NCBI GenBank assembly: GCA_046714695.1
Contig: JBKKAL010000297.1
Span: 43,407-107,406 of the forward strand
Direction: 5' to 3'
Origin: Pyrinomonadaceae bacterium
GTDB taxonomy: Bacteria; Acidobacteriota; Blastocatellia; Pyrinomonadales; Pyrinomonadaceae
DNA: 64,000 nt
A program made the translations under genes and the position numbers. The notes beneath the pieces are model-generated. The model searched no databases. It was not told the DNA's origin and worked only from the letters and a program-made list of their open reading frames with translations. Positions 27,035 through 39,700 of the stretch are shown piece after piece (position 1 is the first letter of the stretch; every line of letters begins with the position of its first letter).

Positions 27035-27189
27035 TGTAAATTTTTAGATATTTTTGAGACCCTTTTGAATGTTTTCTGAGGACTTTACTTAAGACGTCAA
27101 GTAAAGTTCAACTTTGATACAGCTAGAATTGCTGAAAGAGAACTAACAGGCCTTGACTCGGCATTAATAAGTCCATTGTAAGCAAGAAG

Positions 27190-27405
27190 GTGCTTTTGAG
27201 CAACTTAAATTTTAAAACCGAATCCCCTTCCAAGGCGTGGTGTTATATATGCGATTCGGAGATGAATATGATCAGCGCCGAAGAGGCTGCCTTGCTATGC
27301 GGCGTGCGCACACGCACCATCTACCGCTGGGGGGAAACAGGGATGATTCACCTGCTGACACAAATGGGATTGGTCAATGTATGTCTTAATTCTCTAGTTA
27401 TTTAA
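27190..27405 (+). CDS. small Cys-containing HTH (excisionase/MerR-like) DNA-binding protein, start uncertain
   Basis: CYIC...ISAEEAALLCGVRTRTIYRWGETGMIH...VCLNSL resembles small CxxC-HTH_17-type proteins. It lies in the AT-rich region upstream of the giant gene. Confidence 0.5.
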   Translation: MLLSNLNFKTESPSKAWCYICDSEMNMISAEEAALLCGVRTRTIYRWGETGMIHLLTQMGLVNVCLNSLVI

Positions 27406-27752
27406 TCATCGAAAACAGCGATCAGACCTATTACCCGGCATTAATTTTAACGAGATTAGTATGAAAAGCTTGCTATTGGTCGTTTGATCTGCTAGAAGCC
27501 CTGTTCTAACTAGGCCCGCGCTCTTTTTCAACTCGGCTTTATTTCCGTTAATGGCTAAGTTTGAACCCAAACGACTAACTTCTTAATCTGCGCCCCTGAT
27601 GAAATATTTCGCCTCAAAACTCCATATAAATTGAGCGAGAAGCATTCAGGAACATTGGCCTACGACTTAATTCCTCGAAGCTTTCAATTATCCCCTAACC
27701 TGTGGTTTGGACTACAGCATTGGCCCCAAATAGTTCAAGGAGAGAGTTCCCC

Positions 27753-30700
27753 GTGCCTCGCATCTTTTATTCAAAGCGCCGCTTCCCCCTTCTGATCTCT
27801 TTGTCGCTCATCGCCATCGCGTTGGGGAGCTGGATGGCGACGCGTCCTGCGTCTGCCACCGGCGTGAGCTTTACTTCGCCGACAACTGCTTCGATGGGAG
27901 CGAGCCCCATTTCCATCGTCGTGCAGGATTTCAACAGGGACGGAATCCAGGATGTCGCCGTCGCGAACAGGAGCACGGTCAACGGCATCGGGGCCATCTC
28001 TGTTCGTCTGGGCAACGGGTCGGGTGGTTTAGGAGCTGAGACGACTTTTAACAGCGCCGACGGAGCGTACGCGCTGGCATCGGGCGATTTTAATAATGAC
28101 GGCAACCCGGACATAGTTCTCGCCGAAGGCACGAGCAATTTTATTTCGCTCTTTTCAGGCGATGGCCTTGGAGGATTTACCAGAGGCCAACTCACCGCCA
28201 CTTCGCCTGACTTCATCACGACGGGCGATTTCAACCGCGACGGCAACCTTGATATCGTCTACTCGCCGACCAGCGGTAATTTCGTCGAAGTCCTTTTAGG
28301 AGATGGTTCGGGCGGCTTCTCGTTTCCCGGCCCACTTGCTGTAGCCTTCACCCCTGCCTCTATTGTCGTGGCTGATTTCAATCGCGACGGAAATCCAGAC
28401 CTGGCGACAGCAAGTACAGGTGCCAGCTATTCCATCCTGTTAGGTGATGGAGCGGGCGGCTTTGGTGCGGCGACAAACATCCCTTCAGGGGCCGCTCACC
28501 TTTCTCTCGCTGTCGGCGACTTTAATCGCGACGGCAATTCAGACTTTGTGACGGCGAATTATCAAGCAGACAGCGTGTCGTTTTTTGCAGGTGATGGAAC
28601 GGGTGGCTTCAGCTCCGGGGTTGGCTTCCCCGTAGGAACTACGCCTCAATTCGTTATCGTGGGCGATTTCAATAATGATGGCAAGTCGGACGTGGCCTCG
28701 GCTAATGGCGGCCCCGACAATGTCTCGATTCTACTGGGAACAGGCCTCGGCGGGGGCTCAGCCTTCTCAGCAGCGATGGACTTCAGTGCCGGGACGAATA
28801 GTGATCCTCGCGCCATCGCTGCGGGCGACTTCGATAGAAACGGCAAAGTTGATCTGGCAACAGCGAACTATGGTACGAACAACGTCTCTGTCCTGCTCAA
28901 CGACACTGCTCTCTGCACGCCGGGCTTCAACGATGCCGTCAACTACTCAGTCGGCGCAAATCCTTATGCGACGACTGTCGGCGACTTCAACGGCGACGGT
29001 AGTCCCGATCTGGCCACCGCAAATGACGGCGATGACAACGTGAGCGTGCAGCTCGGCGATGGCGATGGGACGTTCCAGACGGCTGTTAATTACAACGTTG
29101 GCGCCAATCCGGGCTTCATCGTCACGGGGGATTTCAACCGCGACGGAAAACTTGATCTCGCCGTGTCGAATTATCAAGACGCCAATATCAGCGTGCTCAT
29201 TGGCAATGGCAATGGCACATTCCAAACTGCCGTTAACTACTCGGTCGGCAACGGCCCTTACTCAATCTCCGTCGGCGATTTCGATCACGATGGCAAGCCG
29301 GATTTGGCCGTAGCAAATAATCAAAACAACAATGTAGGTGTGCTCATTGGCAATGGCAATGGCACATTCCAAACTGCTGTTAACTACTCGGTCGGCACTA
29401 GCCCCTTCTCAATTGCCAGCGCTGACCTCAACGGCGACGGCAAGCTTGACTTAGTCACGCCGAACTATAACAGCCACAACGTCAGCGTACTGATCGGCAA
29501 TGGCGATGGCACATTTCAAACTGCTGTTAACTATAACGCCGACACCAATCCTAGTTCTGTCGCCATTGGAGATTTCGATCGTGATGGTGATGCCGACCTG
29601 GCGGTATTGAACTTCATCAGTAATAACGTGAGCATGCTGCTCGGCAACGGCAACGGCACGTTTCAAACCGCCGTTAACACCAGCACCGGCGGTCAATTCT
29701 CGCTATCAGTCGTCGCCGGAGACTTTAATGGCGATGGCAAGCTTGATTTAGCTATGGCCGACACAGGAAACCCCAATGCCGGCAACTTAAGCGTGCTTCT
29801 GGGTCAGGGCAACGGCAGTTTTCAATCTCCGGCCAACTACAGTGCCAACGTCGGCTCTCAATCGGTCACGGTCGGGGACTTGAACCGCGACGGCAAACTC
29901 GACCTCATCACAACGAACAACACCAGCGGCAATGTCAGCGTGCTGCTCAACAAATGCCCCGCGCCTGATCTGGCTATCACGAAAACACACACGGGCGACT
30001 TTACGGTTGGGCAAACGGCAACCTACAGCATCAAGGTGGAAAACGTCGGCAACCTGACGAGCAGCGGCACTATCTACGTCATGGATCCGCCCCCTCCCGG
30101 GCTCACTTATAATTCGTCATCAGGCACAAACTGGTCTTGCAGCCAGAACGTCCAGGTCTACTGCGCCTACACGGGCACGCTCGCGCCGAGCGCTTCTACG
30201 ACGCTCACCATCAACTTCGATGTTGACAGCAACGCCGTCCCCACAGTCACCAACACGGCCTTGATGACGAACACGAGTGACATTAATTCCGACAATGACA
30301 CGGCCACTGACGAAGCCAACGTCACAGGAGCGACTACCTACACCGTCGTCAACACCAACGACAGCGGGGCCGGCTCACTGCGTCAGGCGATTCTTGACGC
30401 CAACGCCAACGCAGGCTTGGACATTATCGCCTTCAATATCCCCGGCTCTGGCGTCCGGACTATCAGCCCGACTTCGCCACTAACGGATATTGTTGATCCC
30501 GTCATCATCAACGGCTACACGCAGCCCGGCTCAAGCCCGAACACGCTCGCTACAGGCAATGATGCCGTTATCCTGATCGAGATCAACGGCGCAAACGCGG
30601 GTTCAGGATCAGGCATCTCCGGTCTGACGATCACGGCTGGTGGCACGACCGTGCGCGGCCTCGCCATTAATCGCTTCGGCGGGCAGAACATCAAGATAGA

Positions 30701-33700
30701 TGGAGCGGGCGACAACAATGTTATTAAGGGATGCTTTATTGGCACCGACCCGACGGGCACGACTGGTATGGGTAACTCTGTTAATGGCATCTTCGTTAAC
30801 GGCAGCGCGGGCGCGTCGCACAACCAGATCGGCGGCCCCGCGGAAGCCGATCGCAACCTAATCTCCGGCAACAACAACTACGCTATCTTACTTGAGAGCA
30901 GTACCAACAACACGGTGCAGAACAATTATATCGGCACTGACAAGAACGGCACCGGGCCGCTCCCCAACTTGACCAGCGGCATCCGCTTTTACGCTAACGC
31001 TCATGATAACCAGATCGGCGGCCTCTCGTCCGCCGAGGGGAACTTGATCGCCTTCAACGGCAGTTCCGGTATACAGGCCACCGATGCAGGTAACCCGAGT
31101 CTACGTAACCGCTTCCTCGGCAACTCGATTCACTCCAACTACACAATCGGGATTGAGCTCAACGGCAACGGCTTCGACACGAACGACGCGGGCGACGCCG
31201 ATGGAGGCGCAAACAGCACTCAGAATTATCCGGTCCTCACCTCCGTCTCGACTTCGAGCGGCTCGACTAACGTCGCCGGCACGCTCAACTCAACTTCTAA
31301 TACATCTTTTCGCGTCGAGTTCTTTTCCAACCCGGGCTCTAACCCTTCGACACGACGTCAGGGAAAGACCTTCCTCGGCTTCGTCAACGTCACGACGGAT
31401 CCCTCGGGCAACGCCTCTGTCAACACGAGCTTTAACCCGCCCGTCTCTACCACCCTCGGCATTACCGCGACGGCGACGAGAGATCCCGGCGACGCTGACC
31501 CGAACGCCACCTCCGAGTTCTCAAACTACGTACAGGAATTGGTCGCTCCACAGACCTTCACGGTCAACTCCGCAGCCGACACGCCAGACGCCAACCAGGG
31601 GGACTACATCTGCGACGTAGACCTCGGCACTCCCGGCTCTCAATGTACGCTGCGCGCTGCAATCCAGGAGGCGAACGTCAATCCGAGCGCCGACACCATC
31701 ACCTTCTCTATAGGTACAGGCGCGCAGACTATCAGCTTCACCGACGGCGTGCCGACGATCGCTTTCCCCGTCACGATTGACGGCTACACGCAGCCGGGTG
31801 CGTCAGTGAACACACTCCCAACGGGCAACAACGCCGTGCTCCTGATTGAACTCGACGGCACTAATGCTAATAGTAATGCGATAGAAATCTTTGCCAGTAA
31901 CTGCACCGTCAAAGGGCTCATCATCAATCGCTTCCTAGCAAAAGGGATTTTGTTGCAGAACGGCGACGGTAACATCATCCAGGGCAACTTCATCGGCACG
32001 AACGCTGCGGGCACCGCCAAACTCGCCAACAACGGCGGTATAAGCATCAATAATTCATCGAATAACATTATCGGCGGAACGGCGCCTGCTGCTCGCAACC
32101 TCATCTCGGGCAACAACGGGCCTGGCATTGATTGCTTCGCCTGTAGCGGTCTCGTCGCTCAGGGCAATTACATCGGTACGAATGCTGCCGGCACAGCCGC
32201 CGTCGCTAATACCGGGGCCGGCTTATACTTGGAAGGATCGCAAAACGTTGTTGTCGGCGGAACGTCGCCGGGCGCGCGCAACGTCATCTCCGGCAATGGC
32301 GACGCCGGCTTCGACATTGAGTACATGTCCTCGGGCGCGCAAGCGGCCGTCACCATTCAGGGAAATTACATCGGCACCGCGGCAGATGGCATCTCAAATC
32401 TGGGCAATGGCTATGAGGGCATCCTCCTGTACGAAAGCAGTGACTGCATCGTCGGCGGGACGACTCCTGGCGCAGGCAATATTATCGCCTTTAGCGCTGG
32501 TGCCGGCGTGACTGTTGATAGCGAGCCTGCCCTCAACAACTCCATCCGGGGAAACAGCATTCATTCAAACGCTGAGCTGGGCATAGAGCTTCATCAATCG
32601 GGCGGTGTCACGCAGAACGATACAGGCGACACCGACAGCGGCGAGAACAATTTCCAGAACTTCCCCGTTCTGACATCGGCCACATCGAACGGCACGAGCA
32701 CTACCGTCAACGGCACGCTCAACTCTATCCAGAGCCTCAACTACGCCGTCGAGTTCTTTTCGAGTCCGACCTGCGACCCGTCGGGCAATGGCGAGGGGCA
32801 GACCTTCCTCGGCTCGACCAACGCTGCAACTGACGCTAATGGCGACGCGACGTTCAACGCGACCCTGCCTATTGGAGTGACTGCAGGACATTTCGTGACG
32901 GCGACGGCAACCGATTCTTCGGGCAACACCTCGGAGTTCTCGCAGTGCATGCAGGTAACTGCTGCCCCGGCACCTACTTCGTTAATCATCAGCGAGTTTC
33001 GTCTGCACGGAGGCTTGGGCACTGGCGACGAGTTTGTCGAGCTTTTCAACAACAGCGATACAGCCATCACCGTCAGTACGACGGACGGCTCCACCGGCTG
33101 GTCTATTGTAGATAATAGCGGCTATGCGATCTTGAGCATCCCCAACGGCACGGTCATTCCGGCGCGCGGCCACTATCTAGGCGTCTTTTATTACAGCACC
33201 GGGAGCAGCGTCAGCACTTATGCTACGCCGGACGCAAACTGGGGCTACTCCGACGGCCATCAAATCGGCGATGGCGGCGGCGTTGCCATCTTCAGCACGG
33301 GTAACGTCGCAAACTTCACCAACGCTTACCGCCTCGATGCCGTCGGCTTCGGCGGCGCGAATGCTCTTTATCGTGAAGGTGCGGGGCTCGCGCCTGCCAA
33401 TGGCATTACCGTTGATGGCGAGTACAGTTTCGTCCGCAAGATGACGGGCTACGATTCGCAGGATACCGATAACAATGCTAGCGACTTTGTCTTCGTCTCC
33501 ACGACGGGCGCGGCGTTTAGCGGCGAACAATCAATCCTCGGAGCGCCGGGGCCTGAGAATTCTGGCAGCCCGCGCCGGGGAATTATTCCGGGCAACACAG
33601 GGCTTAGCGTCGCGCTACTGGACACGAGCGCTGCGGCCACGGCGTCGCCCAACTTTGTGCGCGACTTTAATCCGGTGCGCAACGGCTCACAGGGTACGAT

Positions 33701-36700
33701 GGAGATTCGCCGAACGATTACCAATAACACCGGCGTGACCCTGACACGGCTTCGCTTCCGCGTCACAGACATCACAACCCTCGGCTCGATCACGACCAAC
33801 GGAGCGGACGTTCGCGTCTTGACCTCCGCCGATGCCACTGTGAGCACAGGCTCAGGCACGGTCGCCGTCAAGGGCACGACGCTTGAGCAGCCGCCGAATC
33901 AGTTCAGTAACGGCGGCGGTTTGAACTCATCGCTGAACGTCGCACTGCCAGGCAATGCCCTTGCTAACGGCGCGAGCATCAACGTCAGTTTCCTGCTGGG
34001 CGTCAGCCAGACGGGCACGTACAGATTCGAGGTTGATGCCGGACTCAGTAATCCACAGGAGCTTATCAGCGCAGGCACTCCTGCGCCATCCATCTACGGG
34101 CGCGTCAGTAATACCAGCAACGGGCCCGCCACAGCCTTTAGCAATGTGACTGTGACTTTGAGCGGCGACGCTTCTGTCACCACCACGACAGACGCCAACG
34201 GCAACTATTCATTTAACAACCTGACGGCCAGTGGCAACTACACTGTCACGCCATCTAAGATCGGATACCTCTTTACTCCGCCCAGCCAGAACATCAGCGG
34301 CCTGAGCGGTAATCAGGCGGCGGACTTTGCCGGAGCGTTGCCGATCCCGCAATCCGGCAACATCCTGATCTCGGAGTTTCGTTTCCGTGGCGCGACGGGC
34401 CAGGGCGATGAGTATGTCGAAATCTATAACAACACGGACGCGCCCTTCATCGTCAGCACAGAAGATGGCTCAACAGGATGGTCAGTCGTTGACAGCAATG
34501 GTTATGCGCTCATCACGATTCCCAACGGCACTGTGATTCCGGCGCGCGGCCATTACCTTGGCAAGTTCTTTTACAACGGGTCAAACCTTAACTCTTATGC
34601 ACCGGCGGACGTGACATGGGGATACCACGACGGCTATCAAATTGGAGACGATGGCGGCGTCGCCATCTTCAAGACTTCGAACGCGGCGAACTTCACGGTT
34701 GCCAATCGGCTCGATGCCGCCGGTTTTAATAATCAGACCGCGCCCGTGCCTGTGCTCTACCGCGAAGGCACGGGTCTCGATCCCATTGGGCCCAGCGATG
34801 GCGAGTACGCTTTCGTTCGCCGGATGACGAGCGGGCTGCCGCAGGACACGGACAATAACGCCGCCGATTTTATCTTCGTCGCGACCACGGGCGGAGCATT
34901 CAACGATATTCTGTCGCTACTCGGAGCGCCGGGGCCTGAAGGAATGCTGAGCCCCCTCTTCAACGCTACGCTTTCGGAATCGTTGATTGACGCGACGACG
35001 GCTGAGTCTGCAACGCCCAACCGCGTGCGCGATACGACGCCCAGCGGGCCTGCTCCTTTTGGCACGCTGACGGTTCGTCGCAAGTACACGAACAATACCG
35101 GCTCGACCATCACACGGTTGCGACTGCGCGCAGTTGATCTCTCGACCCTCAACAATCGAACCAACACCGAGGCAGACCTGCGCCTCACGTCCTCTACGGA
35201 CGCAACGGTGACCACAGGCGCAGAAGGCACGGTCGCCGTCAAGGGCACGACGCTCGAACAGCCGCCTACTCAAGCGGGCGGCGGCGGGATCAACTCAAGC
35301 CTCAGCGTGGCATTGCCGGGCGGATCTCTGGCCGTCGGCCAGAGCGTCAATGTTCAGTTTGTGATGAACGTCCAACAGGACGGAACGTACCGCTACAAAT
35401 TTGTGCCGGAAGTGAATGTGCCGCAGACGCCGCGCATCACAGGCCGCGTCGCAGATGCCAGCAACAACGGCGTCTCCGGTGTAACGATAACATTGGGCGG
35501 CGCGACATCATCCTCCACGACGACGGATGTTAACGGAGATTACGCATTCAATAACCTGACGGCCAGTGGCAACTACACTGTGGCCCCGTCCCTTTCCGGC
35601 TACACGTTTACTCCCGCGAGCCAGACAATCAGCAATCTGAGAGGAACACAGACCGCAAACTTTACGGCCACAGCTTCAACCTATACGATTTCAGGTCAGG
35701 TCAACGACGCGAACAATAACCCGCAAAGCGGTGTCACACTCACTTTGAGCGGTTCGCAATCGGCAACCTTCCCCACCAGCGCTACGGGTAACTATTCATT
35801 TACCAATCTCACAGCGGGCGGCAACTACACCGTTACGCCGTCGAAGACAGGCTATAATTTCACGCCCGCAAACCAGACCTTTAATAATCTGTCGGCCAAC
35901 CAGACGGCCAACTTTATCTTGTCCCCTGCCACGACGCTGACCGTCACAAACACGAACGACAGCGGCGCGGGCTCGCTCAGACAGGCGATTACGGATGCAA
36001 ATGCTTTTTCCGGTTTCCAGACAATCACCTTTAACATCTCCGGTACGGGAGTCCAGACCATTACGCTCGCCTCGCAGTTACCTGGTATTACAGACACTGC
36101 GAGCATTGATGCTACGACCCAGCCCGGATACGCGGGTACGCCATTGATCGAGCTGAACGGTAATAACGCGGTGGGCAATGCGCTTGTTATTACCGCTGGC
36201 AATAGTCTTGTGCGCGGTCTGGTCATCAACCGCTTCACAGGCAATGCCCTGCTCGTGCAATCGGCTGGTAATTTTATTCAGGGCAACTACATCGGCACGA
36301 ACGCCGCTGGTATTGCCGCCTCGGCCAACGGCGGGAGCGGTATCGTCATCACCCGCGGGACCAATACCATTGGAGCAACGACGGCCGGTGGTACGGGCAA
36401 CCTGATCTCCGGCAATAGTAACTTCGGCATCTTTATCAATCAGGTCAACGTTAACAGCCCGGCGGGCGGCAACGTAATTTCCGGCAACTATATCGGGACG
36501 AACGCAGCGGGTACTGCTGCCATCCCCAACCGCAACAACGCTATTGATATTGCCGGCGCGTCGAATACGATCATCGGCGGCGCCACCGCCGGGGCGCGTA
36601 ATGTGATCTCCGGTAACGGCCTTCCGAATCAAACGCTCGGTCGCGGCATTCGAATCCGCATCAATGGCGTCCGAGATAGTCTGCCGAGCGGAACAATTAT

Positions 36701-39700
36701 TAAAGGGAACTATATCGGCACGAACGCCGCAGGTACGGCGGCGATTCCCAATACATGGCATGGCTTTTCCATCACCGATGCACCGGGAACGGTGATCGGA
36801 GGCGCGGGCGCGGGAGAGGGAAATCTTATCTCCGGTAACACAGGGCTCGGTATTTTCATAGACTTTGCGGACAACTGCGTCATTCAGGGCAACCGGATCG
36901 GCACCAATGCTGCGGCTACATCCGGCATCCCCAACGTCGCGGGTGGCGTTCAGTATTCTGCCCGTAACGCTGCGTTTGGTGGAACAGCGCCCGGCGCTGG
37001 CAACGTTATCGCATTCAACACGGGCGACGGCATACGCATCTTCGGCTCGGCCAACTCGGGCAATGCCATTCTCTCGAACTCCATTCACTCCAACGCGAAC
37101 CTTGGCATTAACCTCCAGAGCGGCGCGAATAACGGCCAGAGCGCGCCCGTGATAACTTCGGCGCGAACCGATGAGTCAACGTCTATGATTCAGGGTACTC
37201 TGCGGAGCACGCCCAATTCGACCTTTAACATTCAGCTCTTCAGCAACGCGGCCTGCGATCCTTCCGGCTTCGGCGAGGGACAAAACTATCTGGGCTCCAC
37301 CACGGCAACGACGGATTCAACCGGCAACGCCACTTTCAGCACATCGGGCCTGTATTCGATCGCGGGCCAGTTCATCACGGCGACCGCCACAGATGCGAGC
37401 AACAACAGCTCCAGGTTCTCTCGCTGCTCTCTGGGGAATGCGTCCACCCTCATCTCCGGACGCGTGGCGAATGCTGCCGGCGCAGGTATTAGCAACGTCA
37501 CCGTCACATTGAGCGGTGCACGGACGGATTCAATCACGACTGATGCCAACGGCGACTATTCCTTCGGCGTCGCCTCCGGCACCTACACCGTCACGGCCTC
37601 GAAGATCAATACTACTTTTGCGCCGCCGAGCCATACCTTCACGACCTCCGGGCCCACGCAGACGGCCAACTTCACGGCGACGACCACATCAGGCCCCGGC
37701 GGCAAGATCGTCTTTGCCAGAGATCTCGGTCAAAACAATACCTTGACTACCTCCGCGCTCGCCTCGCGTCGCGAAATCCTGGTGATGAATGCGGATGGCA
37801 GCAATCAAACCTTCCTCACCAACACTACGATTGATAACTTCGATCCCGTGTGGTCGCCCGACGGCACGAAGATCGCCTTCTGTAGCGTTCCGGGTCAAAA
37901 CAGCGGCAACTTCAACAATGAAATCTGGGTGATGAATGCGGACGGCACGAATCAAGTGCGCCTGACGAATAATTCGGCCAACTCGACGGATGACGATGAC
38001 CCCGCCTGGTCACCCGACGGTACGAAGATCGTCTTTGAAAGTAACCGGGATGGCGGCGGATTTCAGCTCTACGTGATGAATGCAGACGGCACTGGGCAAA
38101 CCAGGCTCACCAATAACACGGCGCGCGATTTCACACCGTCCTTCTCGCCCGACGGCACGAAGATAGTCTTTGTCAGCGACCGCGACGGTAACAATGAAAT
38201 CTACTCGATGAACGCCAACGGCACGGGGCAAACGAAACTCACCAATAATTCAAGCGGCGACGACCAGCCCGTCTTCTCGCCCGACGGCACGAAGATCGCT
38301 TTCTCGTCCGACCGCGACGGCAACACGGAAGTCTATGTCATGGACGCCAACGGCAGTAACCAGGTGCGCCTGACTAACAACCCTAACACTGATGGCGCTC
38401 CCTCGTGGTCGCCCGACGGTACGCAGATAGCCTTTCACACGGATCGCGCCCCGCAGCAGGATAGCGAGATTTATGTGATGAAGGCGGACGGCACGAGCCA
38501 GACGAACATCACAAACTTCCCGAATAACGACGACTACACGCCGAACTGGCAATCGCAGGCCGCGCTGCCCGCTCGGACCTATTCCATCGGAGGCCAGGTT
38601 ACGGATGCAGGAAACAATAGCAGTCAGAATGTGACGCTGACCTTGAGCGGCCCGCAGCCGTCATCTACTCCACAGACGACCAATACCAACGCTAACGGCA
38701 ACTATTCATTTACCAATCTCACAGCGGGCGGCAACTACACCGTCACGCCTTCGAAGCAGGGCTACAGCTTCACGCCCGCGAATCAGACCTTTAACAATTT
38801 GTCGGCTAATCAAACGGCCAACTTTACGGGCGTGCTTATTTCGACGCTCACCGTCACCAACACGAATGACAGCGGCGCGGGCTCGCTCCGTCAGGCGATT
38901 CTCGACTCGAACTCGCTGTCGGGAACGCAGACCATCGCCTTCAACATTCCGGGCACGGGTGTGCGCACCATCACGCTCGCATCCGTTCTGCCCAACATCA
39001 CCGGGCCCGTCATCATTGACGGCACAACACAGCCCGGCTTTACGGGGACGCCCTTGATTGAGCTGAACGGTAACGGATTACAGGCCAGCGGCCTAAATCT
39101 CTTTGGCGGCAATAGCACCGTGCGCGGCCTCGTCATCAACCGCTTTAATTTCGTCGGCATCTTCATTCAATCGAATGGCAATACGATTCAGGGCAACTAT
39201 CTCGGCACGAACGCAGCCGGGACATCCTCGCTCGGCAATGGTTCTCACGGTGTCCATATTAATGGTGGGTTGAACAATATTATCGGCGGCGCGATCGCCG
39301 CCGAGCGCAACGTCATCAGCGGCAACCTACAGAACGGCGTCTATCTTTCCAATAACGCCTCGAACAACATCGTCATGGGCAACTACATCGGGACGAACGC
39401 CGCGGGCACTGGCGCGGTTGCCAACGGAAACATCGGCGTCCATCTCACCAACGCTACGAACAACACTGTGGGCGGGACAATCGCCGAAGCTCGCAACATC
39501 ATTTCCGGCAATACGCGCAATGCCATCGGCTTTGATGCAGTGGGTTCGACCGGCAATCTCCTGCAAGGCAACTACATCGGTACGAACGCCGCGGGTACAG
39601 CAGCCATCCCCAACGGTTTGCCTGTAGCTATCTCGAACGGTGCCTCGAACAACACCATCGGCGGAACGTCGGCGGGCGCGGGCAACGTCATCTCCGGCAA

